64,000 bases of DNA from Phoronis australis (Eukaryota; Animalia; Phoronida): assembly GCA_002633005.1 (NCBI GenBank), contig NMRA01000159.1, forward strand, positions 253,855 to 317,854, in the 5' to 3' direction. How positions within the stretch are numbered: position 1 is the first letter of the stretch; each line of letters begins with the position of its first letter. The notes beneath the pieces are model-generated. The model did no database searches, was not told the origin of the DNA, and worked only from the letters and a program-made list of their open reading frames with translations. Shown in pieces: positions 51,086 to 64,000 of this stretch. The position numbers and the translations under genes were made by a program.

Positions 51086-52253
51086 GTGTTTTATCATGAA
51101 TTTAAGGTTCAGTTTAGTCAGCGTGTCGATGCTCCGGCAGTAAACATCGGCGCAGTGCGATTCAGTGTCACCCGTTACGCGATTCATCTCGACAAAAGAA
51201 CACCGTGTGTGGTTATGCACAAAGGAATTTGTGGGCTAGTCCGAATCGAAGAAAAGGGTGCGGGGGGGAAGGCGGAAGACCGGTCCATGTGCTGGCAGCA
51301 AGTGAAATACCGTTATTCTTGGAACTGATTTCTTATTGTAATGTACAATGCAATGCCATTTTAGCTAAAATCATTCGTCCTAATAAGCGCCCATTCCCCT
51401 ATTAGCGACCCCTCGCATTCGTTTTCAGACTTCGCTAAAATAAGAGTCCAGTCCACGAACGTGTACATATTCGAAAATTTCTTACCTGCACTTCTAAAAT
51501 TCTACAGTAATATTTTCAATTTATCAATGATATCCGACAGTCCTTAAAAAATCATTGTGCGCGGAATTTCTAGATCACGAGGCTTGCCGCTATGTTTGTA
51601 TTTAGCCGTGGCTGTACACTTCAAAAAGAACGCAAAAATTCTGCTGATCTTGCGAGGAACTTGTCTCACTATGCACAGGTCTTTCAGAACAGACGCAGCG
51701 TATTTGTCAACGGGATTGTATTGTATCTTTCAGGTACAGCTCTTCTTCCTCAACAGGAATGCATATTACTTTTGTACACATGAAAATCGTGAATCGAAAC
51801 TTGACGACTGTTTATGAGCACGTGGCCAAGAAGCGCGCGCTAGGGCCCACATAATAGTATGTGGGCCTGCTACCGACTCTGGCAAATGAACACTGATGAC
51901 ACGCACGCGCTCGCTCACTCGGCGCACACCTGCAGACTAACTTCAAAACAAACGTCACGTGACAACAAGATGTGTGTTCGTCTAGATTTTTCGCTTGTTG
52001 CGGGGTGCGATCTAGTCCAGATTTGGTCTGCGGTTTATCCCAACACACAGGAACTTAAAAATCTTAAGTACGCTATTTGGAAAACTTAAAGGAGAATGCC
52101 ACCCGATTTAATTAGTAGGCTATTTTTATCGATTTAATCGGTCACTGTATATCCACATCACCTCGTATACGGTATCACCTCGCCGAGTGGTGTCACATCA
52201 ACCTGTGAGGAAGTTGAGAAAAGACTCAGCGACGTCAGTGGTTCTTCTGCAGA

Positions 52254-52481
52254 GTGAGTGCCGCTATAGAGTGGTGTATCGTTCCCGCTTGTGCAAATTA
52301 TGAAGCTACGAGGAAAGCAGGTATACAGCCTGTATCGTTTTTTTTTCGATGTCCTCGAGAGCACACAATGCTTCGGAAGTGGTTCGCGGTAGTGAAGAAT
52401 GAAAAGTACACGTACGCCGTAATATTAATTAAGTATGAGGCCGTGAAACTTCTCCGTGTCTGTGGCCGGTATTTCGTCTAA
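52254..52481 (+). pseudogene. THAP DNA-binding domain remnant of the transposase
   Basis: CIVPAC...FFRCP...RKWFAVV...RVCGRYF fits the THAP C2CH pattern (C.VP.C, F.FP, W, VC..HF), with the His decayed. Confidence 0.85.
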
Positions 52482-52707
52482 ACTGACGATGGAATTCCGG
52501 CTTACAAGACAAGCTCATGCCAGGACAGAAAAAACTGAGTATGAAGTCAGACGTTGTGCCTAGGGTATTTGGGTTCGGTAGGCAGGAGACAAAGCAACGC
52601 GGGTCGGTTGTTGCTCAGTTTTTAATTATGGAGTATTGTATCTGGCCATGGTAACATAAACAATTATAATTAATTCAAGGCATGAGAACATAACGTTTTA
52701 TGACTTA

Positions 52708-53095
52708 CTCGTTCGCCAGGCTTCTGTTTGGACCTCTGGGTGTAGTATGCTTTCGCCAGTTCTTTTCCCAGTCCCAAAGACGTCGTAAGCAGACTTCTGT
52801 TTAGATGCGGTGCCAAATCACGATGGTCCGTGAGACATATCTACAACAAGGCGTTTCACTTGCGGACTTTCGTGCCAGCAAACGCAGTTGTCAGTTGTTT
52901 CCATTATCGTGCAGTTAGCACACCGACACCATGACAAATCACTGAAATGGTTTTTGGAATATGTTCACGGCGCCTCTCTTGTATTTCTTGATCAGTGAAT
53001 TCCGGTTCGAACTGACCGCTTGTGAAACCTAACGATCGACCTGTGAAGTCTTCGTCGGATGAGCATTGGCCTAAGTCGAGGTTGTGAGTTGCCAC
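52708..53095 (-). pseudogene. KolX-like / P2X7 C-terminal ballast-like Cys-rich protein remnant
   Basis: SSDEDF...QFEPEFTDQEIQER, then after a frameshift WCRCANCTIMETTDNCVCWHE...CLTDH, ending at a GTAAGT donor. Convergent to the THAP gene. Confidence 0.75.
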
Positions 53096-55386
53096 GGTTG
53101 ACGTTTATTATTGTGCACTATGTTTCAAAATGAATTATTCTCACCCTAAGCAATGCTTGTATAAAACTGAAACAAAGATGCAATAAACTAATTGACCGGG
53201 CATCTTCATACCGTGAATATTACGCTTACAAGGAAGTCCCGCATTTCTAAAGATAGGCGGAAATTTTCACCGCTCGTCATCCTGAGCAGCTGGTACCAGG
53301 ATCAAAGAGAGGGCGGCACCGAAATCAGGTTCAATTGTGATGGCCGCATTGCCCGATGCGAGCAACACCCAATTAAATGTAATTATCCGACCATAAACTG
53401 TATTAAATATCTGTGACTGTATATAATGACGAATTTTTAAAATGCATGAACCACTAATTTTCGTCATAAGCGAACACCACAGCGGTATTCAGATGGAAAA
53501 AGACAACCAAGTACGGTTTTCGATTTTTAAAAATGGATCAACTAATAATCTAAAAGCTACAACCATTGGGTACGATTATAGATAAACTACCGCGCGTATT
53601 GATATACTCGGTGGATATACAGACGCTGATCAGAGTTAACAATATCACGTGGATTCATTTTTTAAAATTCTTTCAATCTCGTTTAACCCGATTTTTGACC
53701 AGGAAACAGTTGTTGTGCCCACTTTTCATTTTTTATTACTGACAAATAACTAGAATAGTTATATAGTCAGTGCCGCCGAAATTGTCCAGAGATTCCAAAT
53801 CTTCAGTTTGGTTATCACCATGTTTGCACTTTTGTATATATTTTATGATTTGAGTTCTAATAAAGATTCAACTTTAATGACACGTGAAATGTTTAGTGTA
53901 CCTGTAATGTGGTAAGTTAACTAATTAAGTTTAGCTGGCGATCAAAATCTACCACTCTTTGGTACTTCAAGCTTAAAACTCAGATACCAAGTTATGAACC
54001 CGTTCCCGGTAAGAAAACAAAAACAAGTGGACAGAAGCATTAAAAATTAAAAAAAGAAAAATAATATGAAATGTATCGTTCCTTTGGGATGTGGCCCTTT
54101 GTGGAGATAAACACAGGTTAACGTTTTTAGTCATTTTGTAATATTTATGATGTACCAAGTTAACACTACTCTCCAGAGTTGCAGGCTAAAATTCTGCAAA
54201 TACCAGAAATAACCAAATTGGGGGGTACTAACAACAACCATTGTTGAGACAGTAGTGCTAGAAATTACCTTTCCACTTCATAGCTCAGATCTACATCAAT
54301 ACAATGGGCGTGCTGTATAGGCATCGTAAAAGTGTCTGGGGCTTAGGGAATCAGAGCGGTCACCAGTGTAAGCGAGAAATTATCCGTCAGTGCATGCTAA
54401 TTCAGTGTTTGCTGACAGAAAGCTGTTGTGAAACAATATCTCGATTGTATATCCTATGGTCAGATGTTAGGGGACTCTTTATTTAGGTATTCTTATACAT
54501 TAGTCGAATCATTGTTACTATGCAACTTTTTCCCTGACGGTTTTGCTGTGGAAGGGTAACCTGACTTCGCGGCCTCCGACGAGCTACTATGTAAATTTGC
54601 AGTGTTGCGTCTAATTCACCAAAATAATCACATTAACTTTATTTCTTTGGCTCACGTGTATAGTATTTTTGTGACTAGAAGTCTAGTTTCTAACTTTGGC
54701 TGGTTTATGTTCGTGATGTCTTCAGGCCGGCCGGCCTGATCGGGTTCCGAGCCACTGGCCGGGATAACAAGAGTTTTCGTGTTTAGAACTGAAAAAATCG
54801 CAAGTCTAAAATTACAACACACAGCTATGTTACCCTGTCTGTATTTCACGGACGAATAATTCGAATTTATCACCGAACAGGGCCCAAAGCTGCCGCGACC
54901 GACCTTGGTAAATTGGCCTGTCATACATAACGCGAAGTTGTCGTGAGGACTCGATTGGGACCTCAGGGGTCTCACGCTCCATCGGCTAAATTGAAAAGGC
55001 TTTGTCCAGTCACGCGTTGTGGGTCATAACTCGAGATAATGATACCAACAGCTGACACGACAAGCAGAACTACTTTCTTTTACTTCATTTGTGCACTAAC
55101 TGGAGAAATTTAGAATTAGACTTTTAAACACTATCCGATCGTCAACTTTTTTCGGGAGACTTAAATCTCAATGTAGTTTGCGCAAAGACGATGTGCAATT
55201 TTTGGAGGTGTANCCGCCGTTTTCGCATTGCAACGGTAGCTATGGTAGGCGTGGTTTAACTGCGTGTATCGAAACTATCCAATGGACGAAGCGACAAATC
55301 CATCCTCGTGACAATAAAACCGACATACACTCTATCACGACGACGACAAATTTACTCCTTGATTTGTGTCCGCGAATTCCTTAGCG

Positions 55387-55705
55387 ATGGCTGCTCTGAT
55401 ATCTCTCGTTAAAGTCGTGATTGTGATTTTTGTCGCGCATGTTGACTTGGGGAACGCTGATGGGACTTATTTCGGAAATGAAGTTAAAGATACTCGCAGG
55501 GTTGGTTCGAATACCACTGAAGTGAGAAAACCTACTGTGTCCACCATCGAATGTGCGGCGGAATGTTCCCGTGATGTTTCGTGCGATGCCTTGGCGTACA
55601 ATGAGCGCGGAAAACTTTGTCACAAATACTCTATCGTCCACGATGACCCTGGCAAGCTAGAAATTGCTGACGGATGGGTGTATTTTGAAAAAACACTTTT
55701 TAGAG
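55387..55705 (+). CDS. Secreted PAN/apple + fibrinogen-related domain protein, exon 1 (signal peptide + PAN/apple)
   Basis: Signal peptide MAALISLVKVVIVIFVAHVDLG. STIECAAECSRDVSCDALAYNERGKLCHKY...GWVYFE fits the PAN C...C.....C....Y......C pattern. AGAG|GTAAGA donor, phase 1. Confidence 0.88.
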
Positions 55706-57316
55706 GTAAGAGTTCCAATTTCAAAGGGTGGGGGCACTACTCGAAGTTTTGCACAACTGTCACAATTTGGTGACTTTCGGCTGAAGCTGGTCTTGCATAT
55801 TGTTTTCATTTACTTACGCTCCTGAGATATGCAAAGTACTTGTGTATACAATCTGCGGGCACCGGTATATTTATGCTGGATATTCAATCTGCTTGTATTT
55901 TTATGTTTGGCGGCAGTGTTTGTAACGTACGTTGTTAGAAAGTTGAGGCTGTGAGTCCAGAGCTACTATGAAATATTTTGTGTGCGGTCAAAAAGAACCG
56001 ACATGGAACGAGCCTCTCAAAAGGAACAACTTTGTTTGGCCTAAAAAGACAGGACTGGGTTCAAGTGGAATGCCGAAGCGAACTACAGCAGTCACACCCG
56101 TGGAACTGCAAGCACGTTACAGTGGAACGTCTGTTGAAAGAATACAAAACCCGGTTTTGGCCTAAAACAGATACTAAAAATGACGTTTCCATTAAGTTTT
56201 CTGAATCAATATAATGCTCAAATGTGTGGAAGAAAAATTTGAAAACTCTTTTCAAAACCTTCTAAACGGACAAGCGTCGTACCTTAGTACGCATTCAGCG
56301 AATCACACGGCAAATTTGGAAGACAACCACCGAGGACCATAATACCCAGTTAGTGAGATTGGCAGGATGGCGTCAATGATACATTAGCAGGTGAGAGAAA
56401 GAGGATTGGTTGAAATCATGAAAACAAGATTTGGTATTTTGTGGAACAGGACTGCAGAGACCGGATTTCTGAGAGACTTCTGTGGACACTTAATAAGTTC
56501 TTTAACTTCTGTGTGACACTGCTCGAATCCCCATACACGTCTCAATAAAAGATCGGTAGTTTGTAACAAACTTCCGGTATATCATTAAATTATTGGACAA
56601 ATCTGACAACAGCTCACATTTCTATTGAATGATATGCCGAAGTTTATCAAACTTGCTGCAAGCCCCCGTTACGTCAGTAAACTAAAATTGATTCTTGAAT
56701 TAGATCAGCTAACCTATAAAATTGATCTCAACATGTTCCTATCTTGAATGTGAAATGAATTCTGCGCTTCGAAAGAAAATACGAGTCTTCATTGCAGGAG
56801 ACTATGCTGACTCACAGCCTCGTTCCCAAGCCTCAACATGGCTCTGATCGGTTTAGGCAAATTGACTTGTTGTAGAGGCTGGTGTCAAGCCATAAAAAAT
56901 GCCAATTCCTCCAAGACTGGCATTCAATTCTAATTGATTAAGGAGTAATTTGAATTTCCCTACGCAAGTGCACTAAATCAAATGCTGGTTTATGTAGCGA
57001 AAGGTGTTTCGTATTCGCTTTAAAACTTCCAAACAATACATTGAGAAACAGTGGTTGAAAATGCCATATCATTTTTGCAACAGGTTTTGCCCAAACTTAT
57101 TTGATTAATATTTGCCACAGCTTTATAGAACAACTGTACAAATATCCACCCGCTTTCCAAAGACTCCATGGTATGCGGGTCTGACTGATTTAGAATACTG
57201 TGCATCAATCTGCTGCGAAAACACAACAGTTTAATGCTCAAGCATCGTACACCATTTTTCTTCTCCGTATGTTATCCGACAGCTATGACATAGATTCACA
57301 GCCGCTTTTATTTCAG

Positions 57317-57438
57317 ACTGCTCTGAACTGTATAAAACTGGAACCAGAAAAAGCGGAGTTTACAACATTGCCCCCAGTGACGGTCTGGGTAAGATGAAGG
57401 TTTACTGTGACATGGCGACCGACGGAGGCGGATGGACG
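57317..57438 (+). CDS. FReD gene exon 2 (start of fibrinogen C-terminal domain)
   Basis: [41 protein letters not shown], the canonical FBG start. ttttatttcag acceptor and ACG|gtaagt donor. Confidence 0.93.
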
Positions 57439-58487
57439 GTAAGTCACGAAATGCTTCGGCTATAAAGCCACCTTTCGCAACAAAATCTAACTTTGAATAA
57501 ACCACTTACCGTTGAAAATTGGCCTCAATTTGATTCTCAATCAAAACAGGTAAAGTTTCTGGGCTTGGAAAGATCTGATCTACACTTTGTTGTTGCGTAA
57601 AATGACATATAGCGTGAAAAACAGAAAAAAAATGCACTATTCAAATTGGTTCTCTGCTAATGAAAGAGAAGCCAAACTGTTCACCAGGTATTTTTGTGGT
57701 TTGTTCGTTAAGATTTCTTTTAATATAGAAGCATTTTTCTAAAGTTTCATATTTCAGAAGACGATCTGTTAACTGTTCGTCACTTTTTGGAGTTTTCTCG
57801 CACACGGCACAGCACGTGTTCTTATCGCAAGACATTCATGTACCTGTAGACGCAACACATTTTCCTTGTATGGAAAATATGACGTGTCGCCTTTGTATTG
57901 GCATGAATGAGTTTTTACTTCCTTTACGTTTCAAAAATATTGAATCTGGCGATTCTTTTTAAAAATCTTGCAACATTGAAAGTGAAGATCTCCTAAATTA
58001 GCGTCATCAAGAAGTAAATTCTCCACAATCTGTTTAAAAAGTATTTTTAAGAATTTTTGCATCCCCTTTCTATTTAAGATTAGGTTCTACATGTGTGTCG
58101 TGTTATTATGTCATTTTATATGCCCAATAGGACTTCGAGCAACAGGCTAATAAGTTTTTACCGGGATATTCCGCACTTCATGTAAGCGCGCCCATGGGCG
58201 TTTACTTTGTGTTACAACCTCTGGTGTCTAGTGTCCAGATAGTGGATCACTTATTCAGAAGATTTGCTCCTAAAAATCGTTTAAAAACCGTAAAGTTTGT
58301 CACAAATTCAGTTTGTGGATAAATAACGTTCCTAAAAACAAACAACCAACGCATTTTTAACACCAAACTTAAAAATATAGTCTTAAGTAAATTTCAAAGT
58401 CAGCAATTCTATGACTTTCCGTTTGTACGCCCCCATTTTCCGAATAAATACACGAAAGTTAATTTGGTTTCACTAAAATGCTTTGTT

Positions 58488-58880
58488 TTTGTGTTCTCGA
58501 ACCTGGATTTTTCTCTGAGTTTTTGAAATGGGGAGAGGCTGTCGTCAAGGAAACCCCATTTCTCCTTACCTGTTTGCATTATGTATAGAAATATTTGGTA
58601 ATTTAATTCGACGGTATGGTGGCATCACTGACGTCAGGAAAGCTGTTTCTGAGTTTAAAATGACCCAGTGCGCCGACGACACGTGTTTAATTTTGGATGG
58701 TTCTGAATTATCTCTTAGATCATCTTTGAATTTAATTGACAAATTTGCGAATTTTTCTGGTTTGAAGCCAAATATCGAGAAAACAAGATGTGTTTGGATT
58801 GGCAAAAAAAGACTGTGACAAAAACGTTGTGTCGATGAAAACCTGTTATGGATTAACGAGTTTTTTGACAGTCGGTTTGA
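58488..58880 (+). mobile_element. L1/Tx1-like RT fragment in a FReD intron
   Basis: GRGCRQGNPISPYLF...TQCADDTCLILDGS...FSGLKPNIEKT (decayed YADD region). Duplicate at about 61492-61885. Confidence 0.85.
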
Positions 58881-59843
58881 CAGTTGCCTTTTGTTTTCTC
58901 AGACCAGGAAGCTATCGGTCGGTATACAGTAAATCGTTGAAAAATTGAGTATATTTTTGATACTCACTTTAAAAGGATTTACTCTAGCCGTCTTAATGTA
59001 AGCATGGTGTTATATCTTGATAGGTGACGTTATTTTCTACCAGGGTCTATCGATACAACATTCGTCAGTTTTCGCACGCATACATGTTGATACAGACTTG
59101 TGCAACGGATTTTTCGAGCAAACCCTACATGTATTTTGGGATACGTTATCTGTTTAGCCAAAGTTTCAGGCGATGTGCCTTATTCAACAACGTCTTGGCT
59201 ATCATCTCTATTTTTTTCCGGCAATTTTATTCAAAACATATCTTAAATTTTCGAAAAATCCATAAAACGTCTTGTCCACTCTCTGCATTGGCTAATGTTA
59301 CACAGTTGTGCTGGAAATTTTATCACACTTGTTTTCAAGATTAGGCATGCGTCAATTTGGAACTTAGGGTCACTAGTAGGCATTTATAATCATTCAAAAA
59401 TGAACGCAATGTGGTGAAAATGTATCTGTAATTCCCGCAAGCACGAGTTCTTGTTAAGGCGTGAAATTCATGTAGCTTGAATTAACACCGAATTCCATAT
59501 CTGATTTGATACCCCAACTTTGAAAACGACAAGTCAACCAACTAAACACATCAGGGCAATTTCATATAATATATTGTCCGAATCGGAATATGTGTCTTGC
59601 CTGATCAAGCACAGCTGATATTGTGTAATAAGTGCAATCTGTTAGAAAAGACGACGGTCAGGTCTGGCTGTAAATTGGTTGCATAAGCTCGTGCAAGTAC
59701 TGTTTACACAATAACACCGTACGGATATTGGCGAAAACTGTATCTAAAAATCTTGTTTTCGGGTGCCACTGATTCGTTTGTATCGTTGCAATTAGTAAGT
59801 CGTTTCAACGTTTTAATATTAAGCGTAATGTATTGATTTCTAG

Positions 59844-60077
<234 letters not shown>

Positions 60078-60323
60078 TGAATCATTCCGCAATAGTAAAA
60101 GTTTGTCGAAACCTTACATAATCCATCCGGTAATACAAAAGTTGAAGCATTTAATTGAGCTGTTTTGCAGCAGCTAGTCGTTTTGGGGTTNCTGATTTAG
60201 AATACTGTGCATCAATCTGCCGCGAAAACACAACAGTTTAATGCTCATGCATCGTACACCATTTTTCTTTTTCGTATGTTATCCGACAGCTATGACATAG
60301 ATTCACAGCCGCTTTTATTTCAG

Positions 60324-60445
60324 ACTGCTCTGAACTGTATAAAACTGGAACCAGAAAAAGCGGAGTTTACAACATTGTCCCCAGTGACGGTCTGGGTAAG
60401 ATGAAGGTTTACTGTGACATGGCGACCGACGGAGGCGGATGGACG
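60324..60445 (+). CDS. FReD exon 2, duplicate copy (probably the other haplotype)
   Basis: Same as 57317-57438 except GCC>TCC (A>S). Lies in the 3-kb duplicate after the n at 60191. Confidence 0.65.
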
Positions 60446-61491
60446 GTAAGTCACGAAATGCTTCTGCTATAAAACCACCTTTCGCAACAAAATCTAACTT
60501 TGAATAAGCCACTTACCGTTGAAAACTGGCCTCAATTTGATTCTCAATCAAAACAGGTAAAGTTTCTGGGCTTGGAAAGATCTGATCTACACTTTGTTGT
60601 TGCGTAAAGTGACATAGAGCGTGAAAAACAGAAAAAAATTGCACTATTCAAATTGGTTCTCTGCTAATGAAAGAGAAGCCAAACTGTTCACCAGGTATTT
60701 TTGTGGTTTGTTCGTTAAGATTTCTGTTAATATAGAAGCATTTTTCTAAAGTTTCATATTTCAGAAGACGATCTGTTAACTGTTCGTCACTTTTCGGAGT
60801 TTTCTCGCACACGGCACAGCACGTGTTCTTATCGCAAGACATTCATGTACCTGTAGACGCAACGCATTTTCCTTATATGGAAAATATGACGTGTCGCCTT
60901 TGTATTGGCATGAATGAGTTTTTACTTCCTTTACGTTTCAAAAATAGTGAATCTGGCGATTCTTTTTAAAAATCTTGCAACATTGAAAGTGAAGATCTCC
61001 TAAATTAGCGTCATCAAGAAGTAAATTCTCCACAATGTTTAAAAAGTATTTTTAAGAATTTTTGCATCCCCTTCCTATTTAAGATTAGGTTCTACATGTG
61101 TGTCGTGTTATTATGTCATTTTATATGCCCAATAGGACTTCGAGCAACAGGCTAATAAGTTTTTACCGGGATATTCCGCACTTCATGTAAGCGCGCCCAT
61201 GGGCGTTTACTTTGTGTTACAGCCTCTGGTGTCTAGTGTCCAGATAGTGGATCACTTATTCAGAAGATTTGCTCCTAAAAATCGTTTAAAAACCGTAACG
61301 TTTGTCACAAATTCAGTTTGTGGATAAATAACGTTCCTAAAAACGAACAACCAACGCATTTTTAACACCAAACTTAAAAATATAGTCTTAAGTAAATTTC
61401 AAAGTCAGCAATTCTATGACTTTCCGTTTGTACGCCCCCATTTTCCGAATAAATACACGAAAGTTAATTTGGTTTCACTAAAATGCCTTGT

Positions 61492-61885
61492 TTTTGTGTT
61501 CTCGAACATGGATTTTTCTCTGAGTTTTTTGAAATGGGGAGAGGCTGTCGTCAAGGAAACCCCATTTCTCCTTACCTGTTTGCATTATGTATAGAAATAT
61601 TAGGTAATTTAATTCGACGGTATGGTGGCATCACTGACGTCAGGAAAGCTGTTTCTGAGTTTAAAAGGACCCAGTGCGCCGACGATACGTGTTTAATTTT
61701 GGATGGTTTTGAATTATCTCTTAGACCATCTTTGAATTTAATTGACAAATTTGCGAATTTTTCTGGTTTGAAGACAAATATCGAGAAAACAAGATGTGTT
61801 TGGATTGGCACAAAAAAGACTCTGACAAAAACGTTGTGTCGATGAAAACCTGTTATGGATTAACGAGTTTTTTGACAGTCGGTTT
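61492..61885 (+). mobile_element. L1/Tx1-like RT fragment, duplicate copy
   Basis: Near-identical to 58488-58880. Confidence 0.8.
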
Positions 61886-62850
61886 GACAGTTGCCTTTTG
61901 TTTTCTCAGACCAGGAAGCTATCGGTCGGTATACAGTAAATCGTTGAATATTGAGTATATTTTTGATACTCACTTTAAAAGGATTTACTCTAGCCGTCTT
62001 AATGTAAGCATGGTGTTATATCTTGATAGGTGACGTTATTTTCTACCAGGGTCTATCAATACAACATTCGTCAGTTTTCGCACGCATACATGTTTATACA
62101 GACTTGTGCAACGGATTTTTCGAGCAAACCCTACATGTATTTTGGAATACGTTATCTGTTTAGCCAAAGTTTCAGGCGATGTGCCTTATTCAACAACGTC
62201 TTGGCTATCATCTTTATTGAATCTTCCGGCAATTTTATTCAAAACTTATCTTAAATTTTCGAAAAATCCATAAAACGTCTTGTCCACTCTCTGCATTGGC
62301 TAATGTTACACAGTTGTGCTGGAAATTTTATCACACTTGTTTTCAAGATTAGGCATGCGTCAATTTGGAACTTAGGGTCACTAGTAGTCATTTATAATCA
62401 TTCAAAAATGAACGCAATGTGGTGAAAATGTATCTGTAATTCCCGCAAGCACGAGTTCTTGTTAAGGCGTGAAATTCATGTAGCTTGAATGAACGCCGAA
62501 TTCCATATCTGATGTGATACCCCAACTTTGAAAACGACAAGTCAACCATCTAAACTCATCAGGGCAATTTCATATAATATATTGTCCGAATCGGAATATG
62601 TGTCTTGCCTGATCAAGCACAGCTGATCTTATGTAATAAGTGCAATCTGTTAGAAAAGACGACGTCAGGTCTGGCTGTAAATTGGTTGCATAAGCTCGTG
62701 CAAGTACTGTTTACACAATAACACCGTACGGATATTGGCGAAAACTGTATCTAAAAATCTTGTTTTCGGGTGCCACTGATTCGTTTGTATCGTTGCAATT
62801 AGTAAGTCGTTTCAACGTTTTAATATTAAGCGTAATGTATTGATTTCTAG

Positions 62851-63084
<234 letters not shown>

Positions 63085-64000
63085 TGAATCATTCCGCAAT
63101 AGTAAAAGTTTGTCGAAACCTTACATAATCCATCCGGTAATACAAAAGTTGAAGCATTTAATTGAGCTGTTTTGCAGCAGCTAGTCGTTTTGGGGTTGAG
63201 TTTTCTAGGTCTATTTTTGTTTTTAGCTTCTGGAATAGAATTAGAATTAGAAACATTTCGCTTTTGTTGATCATAGCACCGAAAAATGATGTACAAAACT
63301 GCCTGAGGTAAGGAATGTATCGCGAAAAGCACACCAAGATTTATGCTTACAGCAAAATAGACGTGACGTCACAGTTTCCTGTAAATATATTAGTTCTCAT
63401 TATAGATAAACTGTAGTTTGATTTGAATTAGATTTTGCTTGTTTTTGGTGAGGTTATGTAGGTAATTGACCTATTCATGATGACCCAGATTGAAACGAAA
63501 GAATGAAGTCTAAGCAAAAGCGTCTCGCCACCGTGCGTTGGAAGTGTCATACACTGTACATGTACATGTTAGTAAATCTTTACACTTTGCTGAAAGTTAA
63601 TTGTTTTTAGAGTGTTATTTTTAGGAGAGGCGCTTGACAGATGTAAATCAATGTTTTAGGTATCTCAAATAAACGAACTCTATTAAATTTCTCGTCGTGA
63701 GCGCAAATTTTCTCTGCCATTGAATACGGATTGATTCTTTTTTCCCGTATTCAACGTCTATTTCACTGTCGGCGAATTCCAAGGCATTTTCACGCATACT
63801 GTACAGAGTGAATACCGAAGTTGGCAGACAAAGCTGTTCACGCACTCCGTACAAGTACATGTATTGGGTTCCACACTGTTGAAAATGACTTACTTACCCA
63901 AAACATGACCCTTCCCCATTCACTAAGCTCGACTTTTCATTCCCAAGTCGCGTTTTTATTGTTGCAAGTCGAGTTTTTTGAGTGCAACGAAGCCAATCAG

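Larger units (their letters stand above)
52090..54920 (+). mobile_element. Kolobok-type DNA transposon, copy 2 (right end lost, about 1.2 kb of extra internal sequence)
   Basis: TTAA|AGGAGAATGCCACCCG left end, identical to copy 1. Collinear with 22019-23337 except for longer coding remnants and about 53203-54385. Homology stops near 54920. Confidence 0.85.

Noticed and set aside
52254-52481. Domesticated host THAP-domain gene
   Set aside because: It lies just inside a transposon TIR, lacks a proper ATG and the Zn-binding His, and the homologous copy has a stop codon.
55960-56800. Additional FReD exon(s) or a nested gene in intron 1
   Set aside because: Short ORFs without convincing splice sites or domains, and exon 1 already joins exon 2 in frame. 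Probably old retroelement debris that I could not classify.

Overview
Eukaryotic, AT-rich, intron-containing and transposon-rich DNA, most likely from a marine invertebrate draft assembly (N-gaps, single-n junctions). Most ORF-track entries are noise. Three host genes can be reconstructed. (1) An intronless CD225/dispanin (PRRT1/IFITM-like) gene on the minus strand, 3443-4099. (2) A complete 7-exon, 419-aa type I membrane protein gene on the plus strand, 15414-28568: signal peptide, FN3, three laminin-type EGF repeats, TM and a MEGF9-like FWT tail. All six introns are phase 1 with GT-AG ends. (3) The 5' part of a secreted PAN/apple + fibrinogen-related (FReD) gene from 55387, continuing beyond the window. 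Mobile DNA includes a decayed RLE-type (HERO-like) non-LTR element (about 8.1-11.3 kb), a full-length decayed L1/Tx1-like LINE with a 15-bp TSD (40618-47999), two internally deleted Kolobok-type DNA transposons carrying a THAP remnant and a convergent P2X7-ballast-like (KolX-like) remnant, and many MITEs and minisatellites. Three tandem duplications joined by a single n are probably uncollapsed haplotypes. The most unusual signals are a spliced, decayed relic resembling a bacterial-type amino-DNA methyltransferase (36.7-40.5 kb, minus strand, speculative), a perfect 98-bp intronic inverted repeat, a minisatellite made of copied 5' splice sites, and a tRNA-like + hairpin + hammerhead-like element. 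All motif assignments were made by eye; no searches were run.
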